Source of the DNA: Anaerovorax odorimutans | GTDB taxonomy: Bacteria; Bacillota; Clostridia; Peptostreptococcales; JAAYPU01 | Direction of reading: 5' to 3' | Assembly (NCBI GenBank): GCA_016841185.1 | Contig: JAENZQ010000006.1 | Coordinates: 30,717 to 94,716 of the forward strand | DNA: 64,000 nt | In this document: piece after piece, positions 36,214 through 46,845 of the stretch | Layout: each line of letters opens with the position of its first letter | Position numbering within the stretch: the stretch's first letter is position 1 | The notes under the pieces: model-generated | Databases searched by the model: none | What the model was told of the DNA's origin: nothing | Seen by the model: the letters and a program-made list of their open reading frames with translations, nothing else | Position numbers and translations under genes: made by a program

Positions 36214-37938
36214 TCAAATTTCTAAATGATATTTTTCTATCTTATAATACAGATTTCTGATGGATAAGCCCAATTGTTGAGCTGTTTTTGTTTTGTTGAA
36301 GTTATTTTTTTCCAAAGCTTCAAGTATGTATTTCTTTTCAACAACAGCCAGAATATCCGGTAACTTTTTTATTTTATTTGCTTCTTCCGAGGTGTATATA
36401 TCGACATTTTCGGGCAAAGCGGTTTTTTCCGATTTGCTGATGGGGAGATGCCTTTTTTCAATGATGTCTTCATCGATGGTCATTTCAATCATGGCACGAC
36501 CGATAAAGTTTTCCAGTTCCCGGATATTTCCTTTCAATTCCATATCTGACATGATGTTTAAAGCTTCATCCGACAGATCTTTTACAAATCTCCCGTATTC
36601 TATATTGAACTTCTGTATTATGTTTTTTGCCAATAGAGGAATATCCTTTTTTCGATATTTCAGGGGCGGTATAAATATAGGGATAACATTCAGTCTATAA
36701 TATAAATCTTCCCTGAATAAACCGGTTTTTACCTGTTTTTCAAGATCTTCGTTGGTTGCCGCAATGACTCTTACATCGATTTTAACAGCCTCTCCTCCGC
36801 CTACTCTGATGATCTCTTTTTCCTGCAGGACTCTCAAGAGCTTTGCCTGAGTATTCAGGCTCATTTTACCGATTTCATCTAAAAATATCGTACCGCCATT
36901 GGCCTGTTCAAACAACCCGATTCTGCCGCCCTTCTTAGCTCCTGTAAACGCCCCCTCTTCATATCCGAACAATTCACTCTCTAAAAGAGCTTCAGGAATA
37001 GCGGCGCAGTTAATTCGAATCAGTTTTTTATATTTCTTATCACTTTCATTATGTATGGCATGGGCAAATAGCTCTTTTCCGGTTCCGCTCTCCCCAATCA
37101 ATAAAACAGTTGCCGGAGTTACGGCTGCTTTTTTTGCTTTTTCTTTGGCAAGTTTTATTTGACTGTCTTCTCCAATGATATCTTTAAACGTATATTTTCC
37201 TGTGATTTTTCGAATCATTTCTTTAGCTGCATTTAATTCCTGTGTCAGTCTTTGTATTTCTGTTACATCGTGTATGACAGCGACACTTCCTTTTAAGGTA
37301 TTATTGACAATAATGGGGGCGGCATTGACAATAATATCCTTATTAAAGGGTGCTAATTTCAGCCGGGCGTTTTTAACCGGTTTTTTTGTTTTTAAGACTT
37401 TTAAATGGATACTTTCCCCTTCCGAAATATCCACCGTGACATTCTTACCTATGATTTCTTCTTTTTTAAGGCCCGAAAGCCGTGTGTAGGCATGATTGAC
37501 CAAAATATTGATTCCTTTTTCATTAGCAACGGATATGGCATCCTGGGTGGATTCAATAATGGATTCCAGCATGATCTGAACTTCTTTCAATTTTGTGATT
37601 TCCTCACTGAGTTCGTCGATTTCAGATATGTCTCGAAAAACAGAAACAACACCTTTTATTTGGCCGTTATCATCAAGGATTGGCATATGGTTTGCAATTA
37701 CCGTAATATGATCCAATGTCATTTTATTATGTATTTCAGCCTGACCGGTTTTTAAAACATCAGGGATTTTTGATCCGGGGAGGATATCATTGATATAAAG
37801 TCCTTTAATTATTCTGCTGCCTGTTTTCATCAATTTTTTTGCAGAATTATTAAAAATTAATATTTTTTCATTTTCGTCAACGACAACAAGAGCGTCGTTA
37901 ATAGATTCCAATACATTTTCAAAGATATAATTATTCAT
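36214..37938 (-). CDS. sigma-54-dependent transcriptional activator (PAS sensor domains, AAA+ domain, Fis-type HTH)
   Basis: GESGTGKELFA Walker A, ESELFGYEEGAFTGA (GAFTGA loop) and C-terminal KTKTAQQLGLSIRNLYYK HTH. Confidence 0.9.
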   Translation of the reverse strand: MNNYIFENVLESINDALVVVDENEKILIFNNSAKKLMKTGSRIIKGLYINDILPGSKIPDVLKTGQAEIHNKMTLDHITVIANHMPILDDNGQIKGVVSVFRDISEIDELSEEITKLKEVQIMLESIIESTQDAISVANEKGINILVNHAYTRLSGLKKEEIIGKNVTVDISEGESIHLKVLKTKKPVKNARLKLAPFNKDIIVNAAPIIVNNTLKGSVAVIHDVTEIQRLTQELNAAKEMIRKITGKYTFKDIIGEDSQIKLAKEKAKKAAVTPATVLLIGESGTGKELFAHAIHNESDKKYKKLIRINCAAIPEALLESELFGYEEGAFTGAKKGGRIGLFEQANGGTIFLDEIGKMSLNTQAKLLRVLQEKEIIRVGGGEAVKIDVRVIAATNEDLEKQVKTGLFREDLYYRLNVIPIFIPPLKYRKKDIPLLAKNIIQKFNIEYGRFVKDLSDEALNIMSDMELKGNIRELENFIGRAMIEMTIDEDIIEKRHLPISKSEKTALPENVDIYTSEEANKIKKLPDILAVVEKKYILEALEKNNFNKTKTAQQLGLSIRNLYYKIEKYHLEI

Positions 37939-38120
37939 ACTTATCTACCTCTTAGCTTATGGTCTATAAATAAAAGTCTTAATAATAATTATAAATGAAA
38001 AGTCACAAAATAGTAAAAGAGTTAGAAAAAATGTTTTATAAAGCTTTAAAATCTTTTAAAAAATTTAAGAAAAAACAATTTGAAAGCGATTCTTTTAAAA
38101 ATTTTTAAGGAAGAAGGATT

Positions 38121-38147
38121 TTACATAGCTGTAAAACATGATATAAT
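38121..38147 (+). promoter_or_regulatory. candidate extended -10 promoter of the M20 peptidase gene
   Basis: TTACAT, 15-nt spacer, TGaTATAAT (38139-38147). Confidence 0.35.
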
Positions 38148-38434
38148 AAGGGCGTATTAAAATCCAAAACAATATTTCACAATACGAAACATTATAAATA
38201 AATCTGATAAAGGAGGAATGCTGATGAGAAAAAGAATACTTCGAAAATTCCAGGAGTTGAAAATTTAAAGTATTAAACAGAAGCCCTGACAAGTTGATTC
38301 AGGGATAGCGCGTATAATAAGAAATTTTTGAAAGGAAAAAAACACGCCTATAAATGAAGTTCTTAATTTTTTAAAGGGAGAAATCCTTTTAGTGAGTTGA
38401 TACTATTTCGGATTTAAGGTGTAGGAGAAGAACA

Positions 38435-39652
38435 ATGAAATATGATAATGTGATTCAAAAAGTAAACGAAAAAGAACTGGTGGACTTTACTCAAAAAATT
38501 TTAAGGATCAACAGCGTTTATGATCCAAATAAAGAGGGACACACCGAGGAAAAAGTTGCTTATTTTATTGCAGATTACCTGAAAGAGTTGGGTATTGAAG
38601 TACATATCGAGGAAGCTGCCCCCGGAAGACCTAATGTAATCGGAATAATAGAAGGCAAAGAAAAGGGAAAGACCTTATTGTTTGAGGGACATACGGATGT
38701 GGTAACAGCAGGAGATTTAGATGAGTGGCATTATGATCCCTTTGAAGCGGTTATCGAAAAAGGGAAGATTTATGCAAGGGGAGCATGTGATACGAAAGGG
38801 AATGTTGCAGCCGCTATTTTTGCAGTTAAAGCTATTTTAGAATCAAAAGCTGAGTTTATGGGTAGAATAATATTGTGCATTCCGGTTGACGAAGAAGGAA
38901 TGATGATTGGTATAAAATCATTTATAAAAAATGGTTGGGCGGACCATGTGGATGCTGCAGTTATTTGTGAACCTGAGGAGAATCAGTTGTGTATCAATCA
39001 GAAAGGTGCAATGCGTGTCATTATAAGAACCTTTGGGAAAATGGCACATGGGGCTATGCCGCTTTCGGGAATCAATCCCAACTGGCGTATGGCAAAAATC
39101 ATATGCGAACTTGAAAAGCTGGAGACAGCTGAAAAAGATCGGCTCGGGAAGCATCATTATCTGGGGTATCCCAGTATAACACCTACTATCCTTATGGCAC
39201 CTTCCAAAGGAGAAGCCCAGATCAATGTAATTCCAAAAGAGTGTTATACGACCTTGGACATCAGGACGGTTCCGGGACAGAATCATAATACTTTAAAAGA
39301 ACAGATCCAGGGTATATTGGATAAGCTGGGAAAAGAAGATAAAGACTTTAAAGCAGAAATGGAAGTAATAGAAGAGCGTCCTTGGACAGAGACAGCACCC
39401 GAAGAACCTGTAGTACGTTCCATGGCGGAAGCTTATACTGAGATAACAGGAAAAGAGCCTGTATATAACGGGGTTCCTGGGGCTACCGACGGAACATTTC
39501 TACATTCTTTAAGGGGTATTCCGGTTATTACCACGGGAGCCGGAGACAGACTGATACCGCATCAGGCCGATGAATATGTAGAAATCGATGAGCTTATAGA
39601 AACAACAAAATTATATGCCTTGACAGCGATGCTTTATCTCAATGAGAAATAA
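38435..39652 (+). CDS. M20-family metallopeptidase (ArgE/DapE/ACY1 type)
   Basis: GHTDVV, ARGACDTKG and VDEEG metal-ligand motifs, 405 aa. Confidence 0.85.
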   Translation: MKYDNVIQKVNEKELVDFTQKILRINSVYDPNKEGHTEEKVAYFIADYLKELGIEVHIEEAAPGRPNVIGIIEGKEKGKTLLFEGHTDVVTAGDLDEWHYDPFEAVIEKGKIYARGACDTKGNVAAAIFAVKAILESKAEFMGRIILCIPVDEEGMMIGIKSFIKNGWADHVDAAVICEPEENQLCINQKGAMRVIIRTFGKMAHGAMPLSGINPNWRMAKIICELEKLETAEKDRLGKHHYLGYPSITPTILMAPSKGEAQINVIPKECYTTLDIRTVPGQNHNTLKEQIQGILDKLGKEDKDFKAEMEVIEERPWTETAPEEPVVRSMAEAYTEITGKEPVYNGVPGATDGTFLHSLRGIPVITTGAGDRLIPHQADEYVEIDELIETTKLYALTAMLYLNEK

Positions 39653-39831
39653 GCATTTGCCAACAACTGAAGACAGACATAACTTCAGAAAAAGCCCCGA
39701 TACCTTTCTGAAGCCAGATACTTTGTATATAGGTGATTTAGGTAAAGGCTTATTTATAAGTCAATAATATTACGGGAAGGAGGGCCGGAGCTTACAATCT
39801 AAACACTTAATTTAAAAAGGAGGAAATTCTT

Positions 39832-40101
39832 ATGAAAATGTCCGAAAAGGAAAAAAATCGTCAGCTGAATAAAGAGGCATTAATGACATTAGGGTTATAT
39901 GTCATATTTTTCATTTGGTGGTATGCTTTCGGTTATGGACTAAGCGGCGGAGACCCCGGCAATTTTACTTATATTATGGGATTGCCAAGCTGGTTTTTCT
40001 TTAGCTGCGTTTTAGGCTGGATTTTAGTTTCCATTGCTGTACTTTTCATGGTTAAAAAATTCTTTGTAGAAATAGACCTGGAAGAAGATGAAAAAGCCTG
40101 A
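39832..40101 (+). CDS. YhdT-family (DUF997) small membrane protein
   Basis: Two TM segments, 89 aa, located directly upstream of a PanF-type symporter as in the yhdT-panF arrangement. Confidence 0.6.
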   Translation: MKMSEKEKNRQLNKEALMTLGLYVIFFIWWYAFGYGLSGGDPGNFTYIMGLPSWFFFSCVLGWILVSIAVLFMVKKFFVEIDLEEDEKA

Positions 40102-40171
40102 TGGAAGCGCAGCTAAAAGATGTTACTTAATATAAGAAAAAACAAGGATAAATTGTAAGGAGGAAACCTTT

Positions 40172-41635
40172 ATGGGAAATAGTATGATTTTAATTCCTAT
40201 GATTATATACCTTGTGGTTATGCTGGGAATTGCTGTATATACAAGCAAGATTGCTCAAGGGGCAAAAGGTGGATTTATTGAAGAGTACTTTATTGGCGGA
40301 CGTTCAATGGGTGGCTTTGTACTGGCAATGACAATAATTGCGACTTATTCCAGTGCCAGCAGTTTTGTAGGAGGCCCGGGCGTTGCTTTTTCAAAAGGAC
40401 TTGGATGGGTATTCTTAGCAATGATACAAGTTCCAACGGCATTTTTAACACTTGGTGTATTGGGTAAAAAATTTGCGATCATATCAAGAAAGATCGATGC
40501 TGTAACAGTCACAGACTTTTTAAGAGCACGATATAAATCAGATGTTGTTGTTATTCTGTCATCTGTTGCAATACTGGCTTTTTTTGCTGCCACCATGGTA
40601 GCGCAATTTATCGGAGGAGCCCGATTATTTCAGGCAGTTACAGGCTATTCCTATGTCATGGGTCTTGCAATCTTTGGCATTGTGGTTGTAATTTATACTA
40701 CAGTCGGCGGATTCAGGGCAGTAGCTTTAACAGATGCAATCCAGGGAATCGTGATGATTTTTGCAACGATATTTCTGTTGTTTGCTGTTATTAAAGCCGG
40801 CGGCGGAATGGAAAAAGTTATTGATACAATAATGGTTTCTAATCCAGGAGCGCTGGAACCTACAGCGGGAGGCACCATAAGCAAGCCTTATATTCTGTCC
40901 TTCTGGATACTGGTAGGACTTGGTGTGCTGGGTCTGCCGCAGACGACAGTAAGAGGTATGGGCTTTAAAGATTCAAAATCTTTGCATAATGCCATGATCA
41001 TCGGTACATTTGTAGTAGGATTTTTGATGTTAGGCATGCACTTGGTCGGAGTTTTTGGTGCATCTGTTCTTACAGAGGGTATTGAAAGCAGTGATTTAGT
41101 GGTTCCAACATTGACTATTCAGGTCTTACATCCTGTTCTGGCAGGGATTTTCATAGCAGGCCCGTTGGCTGCAATTATGTCTACAGTAGACTCCATGCTT
41201 ATATTGGCTTCTGCAGCTATTGTTAAAGATTTATTTATGCATTATTCCAAATCTGAAATGACAGAGAAAAAACTCTCTAAACTCAGTTTTATTACTACAG
41301 CTGTTTTAGGAATAATTGTCTTTGTATTTTCAATCAAGCCACCTGATTTGATTGTATGGATCAACTTATTTGCATTTGGTGGACTGGAAGCAGCTTTTCT
41401 GTGTCCGACGATTTTCGGTCTATATTGGAAAAAGGCAAATGCGACAGGTGCTGTTCTGTCATTTATCGGTGGCGTAGGCGCATATTTTTATTACACCATT
41501 TCCGGGGTAAAATATATAGGAATGAATCAGATCGTTCCGACAATTGCAATCGCTATCATTTTATTTGTCATAGGAAGCTATATAGGGAAAAAACCGGATC
41601 AAGAAACTTTAGAATTATTCTATGGTAAAGAGTAA
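40172..41635 (+). CDS. panF: sodium:solute symporter, pantothenate (PanF)-like
   Basis: SSF-family architecture (about 13 TM segments), GGRSMGGFVLAMT...SASSF.GGPG pattern and the yhdT partner. Substrate is inferred only. Confidence 0.65.
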   Translation: MGNSMILIPMIIYLVVMLGIAVYTSKIAQGAKGGFIEEYFIGGRSMGGFVLAMTIIATYSSASSFVGGPGVAFSKGLGWVFLAMIQVPTAFLTLGVLGKKFAIISRKIDAVTVTDFLRARYKSDVVVILSSVAILAFFAATMVAQFIGGARLFQAVTGYSYVMGLAIFGIVVVIYTTVGGFRAVALTDAIQGIVMIFATIFLLFAVIKAGGGMEKVIDTIMVSNPGALEPTAGGTISKPYILSFWILVGLGVLGLPQTTVRGMGFKDSKSLHNAMIIGTFVVGFLMLGMHLVGVFGASVLTEGIESSDLVVPTLTIQVLHPVLAGIFIAGPLAAIMSTVDSMLILASAAIVKDLFMHYSKSEMTEKKLSKLSFITTAVLGIIVFVFSIKPPDLIVWINLFAFGGLEAAFLCPTIFGLYWKKANATGAVLSFIGGVGAYFYYTISGVKYIGMNQIVPTIAIAIILFVIGSYIGKKPDQETLELFYGKE

Positions 41636-41692
41636 AATTCATTAAATAAAGAACGGTGCAATATCCTTAATAGATACCATATAATATAATGG

Positions 41693-41720
41693 AAAAAAGC
41701 CCTATCAAAGGGCTTTTTTC
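41693..41720. terminator. bidirectional terminator between the convergent panF and MCP genes
   Basis: aaaaaagccct atcaa agggctttttt. Confidence 0.7.
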
Positions 41721-41752
41721 TTATATACAATAAATCATCCATTAGCAATAAA

Positions 41753-44374
41753 TCAGTATTTTCCAAAATTATCCCAATCTGTTTCTTCCAACAGGATATC
41801 CGGCGACTGATCTGTTTCATCTTCTTCATCTTCTTCTTCAAAAGCCTCGGAAGCTGTCAGTAGTTCAACACTTTCATCATTTAAGACGGCAGTTTCAGAA
41901 GATCCTTTCAGATTAAATTTACCGACCATTTCTTTGAGCAATTCTGCCTGCCCCGACAATTCTTCGGTGGCTGCAGCACTTTCTTCTGCAGTAGAAGTAT
42001 TTGTCTGGGTGACATCGGACACTTGTTGGATTCCGCCTTGGATTTCTTCGATCCCCGCAGTTTGTTCAATTGAAGACTGTGCGATTTGATACACCAATTC
42101 AGCAGCCTTTGTTACCCCCTCAATGATTTCATTTAAGGCATCTGCCGTGGCATTAGCTGTTTCAGTTCCTGATTGGGCTTTTGATATGGATCCTTCAATG
42201 AGCTCCGTAGTTTCCTTGGCGGCCTGGGCGCTTCTGGCGGCAAGATTCCGAACTTCCTCTGCAACCACTGCAAAGCCTTTGCCGTGTTCACCGGCTCTTG
42301 CAGCTTCAACAGCAGCATTCAAAGCGAGAATGTTGGTCTGGAATGCAATTTCGTCGATGACTTTTATAATATTAGAAATGTTGGAGGATGCTGTATTAAT
42401 TTCCTTCATTGACGTAAGCATTTCCTGCATATGTAAATTTCCTTTATTGGCATTTTCTTTAACCGTTCCCGTAAGTTGATTTGCATTATCCGCATAATCG
42501 GCATTTTGCTTAGTTTTCTGGGCAATTTCCTTAATAGATACTGTAAGCTGTTCAATAGCACCGGCTTGTTCGGTTGCTCCCTGAGATAATTCCTGACTGC
42601 TGTCGGAAAGTTGATGCGCACCGGTTGCCACTTGTTCAGCGGAACGGTTTATCTCTTTGAGAACTTCATTAAATGAATTGATAATCAAGTTCAGGGCCGT
42701 TTTAATAGGAGAAAAGTCTCCCATGTAATCACCGGTAATTCCAACATTTAAATCCGAATTGGCGATTTTGGTGAGAACGTCGGATATTTCTGTTACATAT
42801 ATTTTAATGGCATTAATACTGATACCTAAGTTTTCTTTGATTTTATCGAAGTTTTCTCCTAATTGTTTTGTATCCTCATCCGTTTCAGATGGTTCAAGAG
42901 CAAGGTTTAAATTACCTTGCGCCAAGAGCTCCAGATTTGTTATCAATGAGCTTACTTCTTTTTCCTGGAATTTAATCTGTTTGTCGGAAACACGCTGGGC
43001 TTTTTTAATCTCTGTCAAATCCGTAATGATTTCAAGAGATCCTATTATATCTCCTTCATTGCTTCTTAGCGGAATGCCGTCATAAGAAATATCCAAATCA
43101 TGGCTTCCCGGATGAGCATCTGTTTCACTGGATGCAATTCTGTCTTCATTCATTGCAATGTCTGCAGCACACTTTGAAGTATTACAATCTGATGTTTTCA
43201 TGCAGTCGAAGCACTTTTTGCCAATCAGCTCATCAGCAGGGAGACCGGTTAAATCAGCACCGGCTGTATTCATATACTGGATTTCAAAGTTCTTGTCAAT
43301 AATCATGACAGGAGCCTGCACCGCATTAATGTGCCCCACTAAAGTATCGATTATTTTATTGATTGAACCAACGATATCGCTGTAAGCACCTTCATATTGA
43401 TTAATTTCTCCGCGAATATCAAGCCTGCCTTTTACGGAGTTATCGACCAGGGTTTCTGTTTCATTAATCAAACCTTTAAGAGAGGCAGCAACCTTATTGA
43501 TGCTTTCAGCGAGTTCATCCTTTTCGCTTGCTTTAGCAACGTGAACATTAAGATTTCCGGAGGAGATTTGGTTAACAGCGGAAATGCGTTCTTTTATATT
43601 GTCTGCCATATTTTGCATAGCATTTAGAAGAATACCGATTTCATCCTTGCTTTTAACGGTTATATTAGAAGACATATCCCATTTAGAAATGTTATTGACA
43701 AAACTAACAGCTTTATTCAGTGGTGATATAATGCTTCGCATAATGAAAAGGGCGATAAGGAAAATGAAAAAAGTACCTGCTATAATCAAAATTATATTGA
43801 TCATGACAATAGATTTACTGGTTTTTTCAAAATTTGTCTTTTGGACTTCGGCTTTTGCGACCATTTCATCTGCTACCGTATTCAAGTATCTTTTATAAGG
43901 CCCCATATACTCCTTTAAGTCGTTCAAATAATTTGCAATATGTGCTTGAGACAGTTTGTTGTCAGGGTCTGTAGAAAGTACTTCTAAATGCGGAAGAATA
44001 GAAAATTCATAAGCTGCAACAATTTTATAATATTCTGAAAGGGCATCATGTAAAAGGGTTTTGTGCGCTTTTGATGCATTTTTAGTTAAATTTTCTATGT
44101 TGTTTTTTGTGTTTTCTTTTTCCGTAGTAAATTCTTTCTGCATATTCTCAATATCCCCGTAAATGTAGCTGTCGGCAATAATAGAATATAGCTTTTCTCC
44201 TGACGTGGATACTTGAATAGCCAATTGAGCACGATTGTATTCTGTATTCAGTTCATTTTGATAATAATCTAATTTTTGTAGATTCATATATGTAATAAGA
44301 CCAATTACGATGATGATTGAAACTGAAAAAATTAAATTAATTAAAAGTTTTGTTTTGATTGAAAAGTTCTGCAA
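41753..44374 (-). CDS. methyl-accepting chemotaxis protein (N-terminal sensor, HAMP, Cys-rich PAS, HAMP-like repeats, MA domain)
   Basis: Signalling hairpin [40 protein letters not shown] with [18 protein letters not shown]. Acidic C-terminal tail. Confidence 0.9.
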   Translation of the reverse strand: MQNFSIKTKLLINLIFSVSIIIVIGLITYMNLQKLDYYQNELNTEYNRAQLAIQVSTSGEKLYSIIADSYIYGDIENMQKEFTTEKENTKNNIENLTKNASKAHKTLLHDALSEYYKIVAAYEFSILPHLEVLSTDPDNKLSQAHIANYLNDLKEYMGPYKRYLNTVADEMVAKAEVQKTNFEKTSKSIVMINIILIIAGTFFIFLIALFIMRSIISPLNKAVSFVNNISKWDMSSNITVKSKDEIGILLNAMQNMADNIKERISAVNQISSGNLNVHVAKASEKDELAESINKVAASLKGLINETETLVDNSVKGRLDIRGEINQYEGAYSDIVGSINKIIDTLVGHINAVQAPVMIIDKNFEIQYMNTAGADLTGLPADELIGKKCFDCMKTSDCNTSKCAADIAMNEDRIASSETDAHPGSHDLDISYDGIPLRSNEGDIIGSLEIITDLTEIKKAQRVSDKQIKFQEKEVSSLITNLELLAQGNLNLALEPSETDEDTKQLGENFDKIKENLGISINAIKIYVTEISDVLTKIANSDLNVGITGDYMGDFSPIKTALNLIINSFNEVLKEINRSAEQVATGAHQLSDSSQELSQGATEQAGAIEQLTVSIKEIAQKTKQNADYADNANQLTGTVKENANKGNLHMQEMLTSMKEINTASSNISNIIKVIDEIAFQTNILALNAAVEAARAGEHGKGFAVVAEEVRNLAARSAQAAKETTELIEGSISKAQSGTETANATADALNEIIEGVTKAAELVYQIAQSSIEQTAGIEEIQGGIQQVSDVTQTNTSTAEESAAATEELSGQAELLKEMVGKFNLKGSSETAVLNDESVELLTASEAFEEEDEEDETDQSPDILLEETDWDNFGKY

Positions 44375-44534
44375 TTAAATTACACCCCGCTTTTGAAAAA
44401 TCATAATTTATAATTTAAAATTATATACCATTTTTTGCAATAATAGTAGCAAAGAGTAGAAAAAATTGAAATTATTTGTCAAATCGTTCCTAATAATAAT
44501 TCTTGAACATATAATAGCTTTTGAGGTGATATGC

Positions 44535-46376
44535 ATGTGTGGAATTGCTGGATGGATAAATATTGAAAGAAACATCAGGCAGCAAGGGGAAGTAGTAGGA
44601 GAAATGATAGGGACTTTGACCAGAAGAGGACCGGATTCATCCGGACTTTGTTCTTTTGACCATGCTATATTAGGGCACAGACGCTTGATTGTAGTAGATC
44701 CCCGAGGTGGTATCCAACCTATGTCAAAAAAGTCAGGGGAAAAAAATTATACCATTGTTTATAACGGAGAGCTTTATAATACGGAAGATATTAGAAAAAT
44801 ATTAATAAAAAAAGGATACCGGTTCAGGTCCTATTCCGATACGGAGGTACTTCTTACGGCATATATGGAATGGGGGAAGAATTGTTTAAAATATGTAAAT
44901 GGTATTTTTTCTTTTGCTGTCTGGGAAGATACGGAGAAAACACTATTTCTTGCAAGGGACCCCTTAGGGGTTAAGCCATTGTTTTATTCCTTTAAAAAAG
45001 GTTCCTTGATTTTCGGATCAGAAATAAAGGCCTTGTTAAAGCATCCGTTTATAGATCCCATAATAGACGACAAAGGATTGTTGGAAATATTCGGTTTAGG
45101 GCCGGCAAGGTCATTAGGAAATGGTGTTTTTCGAGATATCGAAGAAATACCACCGGCACATTATCTTATATTTGATAAAAGTGGACTGCAGTTTACGGAA
45201 TATTGGGATTTGTCGGCAAATGAACATATGGAAGATTTTCAATCTACTTTGGAACATACAAGATTTCTACTGACAGATGCCATAGAGCGCCAGCTTGTAA
45301 GTGATGTGCCGGTGTGTACCTTTTTATCAGGAGGACTGGATTCCAGTATTATTTCTGCTGTTGCGGCAAAGGCTTTTCAAAAAACCGACAGAGTTACTTT
45401 AAAGACTTTTTCTATTGATTATACGGATAATGAGAAATATTATACCCACAATGATTTACAGCCGGATCTGGACAGCATGTGGATAAAAGTGATTTCGGAC
45501 CATATCGGCAGTAACCATAAAAATTTTATCCTGAGTAATAAAGAAGTGGCAGATAAGCTTAAAGATGCCGTGTTAGCCGGTGACTTGCCGGGAATGGCAG
45601 ATATTGATTCTTCACTGCTGCTTTTCTGCCATGAAGTAAGAAAACATGCTACGGTAGCATTATCAGGTGAATGTGCAGATGAAATCTTTGGTGGATACCC
45701 ATGGTTCAGAGACGAAAATCCGGATCAGGAATTTTTTCCATGGGCAAAATCCATTGAACATAGAAAAAAATTTTTACACCCGGAATTTAAAAACCTTCCT
45801 CTGGAAGAGTATGTAATGCAACAATACCGGGATACCATCGGCCGTGTGCCAAAGATAAAGGGAGAATCATCTGAAGACAGTAAAATGAGAGAGATGTTTT
45901 ACCTGAATATCAAATGGTTCATGATAACGCTTTTAAACAGAAAAGACCGTATGAGTATGGCTAATAGTTTGGAAGTGAGAGTCCCTTTTGCAGATCATAG
46001 GATCGTTGAGTATGCCTACAACATTCCAAAAGATATGAAATTTTACGGAGATCGGGAAAAAGGACTTTTAAGAGAGGCCTTTAAAGGCCTTTTGCCTGAT
46101 GAAATACTGCATAGAAAAAAAAGTCCCTATCCTAAAACCTATCATCCCGTCTATACGGAATACATCTGCAATGAACTAAAGAATATTCTTTCGGATAAAG
46201 AATCGCCGGTGCTTCAGGTTATTGATACCAATACTGCATGGGAGATGATACAATCAAAAGGAAAGAGCTTCTTGAAGCCGTGGTATGGGCAGCTGATGAT
46301 GGGTCCTCAGGTCATGGCGTATCTTATACAGCTAAATCATTGGATGAAAGAATACAAAGTAAAAGTTTGTATTTGA
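44535..46376 (+). CDS. asnB: asparagine synthase (glutamine-hydrolysing)
   Basis: MCGIAGW N-terminal nucleophile start (ATG at 44535 behind gaggtg) and SGGLDSS PP-loop. Confidence 0.9.
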   Translation: MCGIAGWINIERNIRQQGEVVGEMIGTLTRRGPDSSGLCSFDHAILGHRRLIVVDPRGGIQPMSKKSGEKNYTIVYNGELYNTEDIRKILIKKGYRFRSYSDTEVLLTAYMEWGKNCLKYVNGIFSFAVWEDTEKTLFLARDPLGVKPLFYSFKKGSLIFGSEIKALLKHPFIDPIIDDKGLLEIFGLGPARSLGNGVFRDIEEIPPAHYLIFDKSGLQFTEYWDLSANEHMEDFQSTLEHTRFLLTDAIERQLVSDVPVCTFLSGGLDSSIISAVAAKAFQKTDRVTLKTFSIDYTDNEKYYTHNDLQPDLDSMWIKVISDHIGSNHKNFILSNKEVADKLKDAVLAGDLPGMADIDSSLLLFCHEVRKHATVALSGECADEIFGGYPWFRDENPDQEFFPWAKSIEHRKKFLHPEFKNLPLEEYVMQQYRDTIGRVPKIKGESSEDSKMREMFYLNIKWFMITLLNRKDRMSMANSLEVRVPFADHRIVEYAYNIPKDMKFYGDREKGLLREAFKGLLPDEILHRKKSPYPKTYHPVYTEYICNELKNILSDKESPVLQVIDTNTAWEMIQSKGKSFLKPWYGQLMMGPQVMAYLIQLNHWMKEYKVKVCI

Positions 46377-46431
46377 TATCCGGTTCGTTATATTATATAA
46401 TAAAACCAAATTAGACAAAAATAGAAAAATA

Positions 46432-46788
46432 TTGAGGGATGGCATGAATACTTTAAATGCATTTCTCTTTACCGAAGATGTTTTCAGGTTTGCAGCAGGC
46501 ATTGCAGTGGTTACTTTAGCCATATTTATTATTTGGCTGCTTCTTCGAGAAATGAGATTATGGTATTGGAAAATTAACAACTTGATGAAAATGCTCAAAA
46601 AAATTGAAAAACGCATCAATCATTTAGAAACACTTGTGGATGAATTGTCTCAAGAAGTGGCGTCTATAGACCGCCATTCCATTAAGATGTCTGATTACTT
46701 CAACTACACGGAGTTAAGGCATGAAGAAGAGAACGCAATTCATGAACAGGAAACAGAAGAAGAAATAGCCAGAAGGATCAAGGAGTGA
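46432..46788 (+). CDS. hypothetical protein (one TM, coiled-coil, acidic tail)
   Basis: ORF with the RBS-like sequence gaggg upstream. No family recognised. Confidence 0.45.
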   Translation: MRDGMNTLNAFLFTEDVFRFAAGIAVVTLAIFIIWLLLREMRLWYWKINNLMKMLKKIEKRINHLETLVDELSQEVASIDRHSIKMSDYFNYTELRHEEENAIHEQETEEEIARRIKE

Positions 46789-46845
46789 TTCTTTCCGGAG
46801 GTAAAAAACAGGCATTAAATACTTGAGACAAAAGCTCTATGTGAG

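Noticed and set aside
41765-41779. DWDNF near the MCP C-terminus as a CheR/CheB-tethering pentapeptide (NWETF-like)
   Set aside because: Known tethering pentapeptides are the extreme C-terminal residues. Here three more residues (GKY) follow, so the resemblance may be fortuitous.
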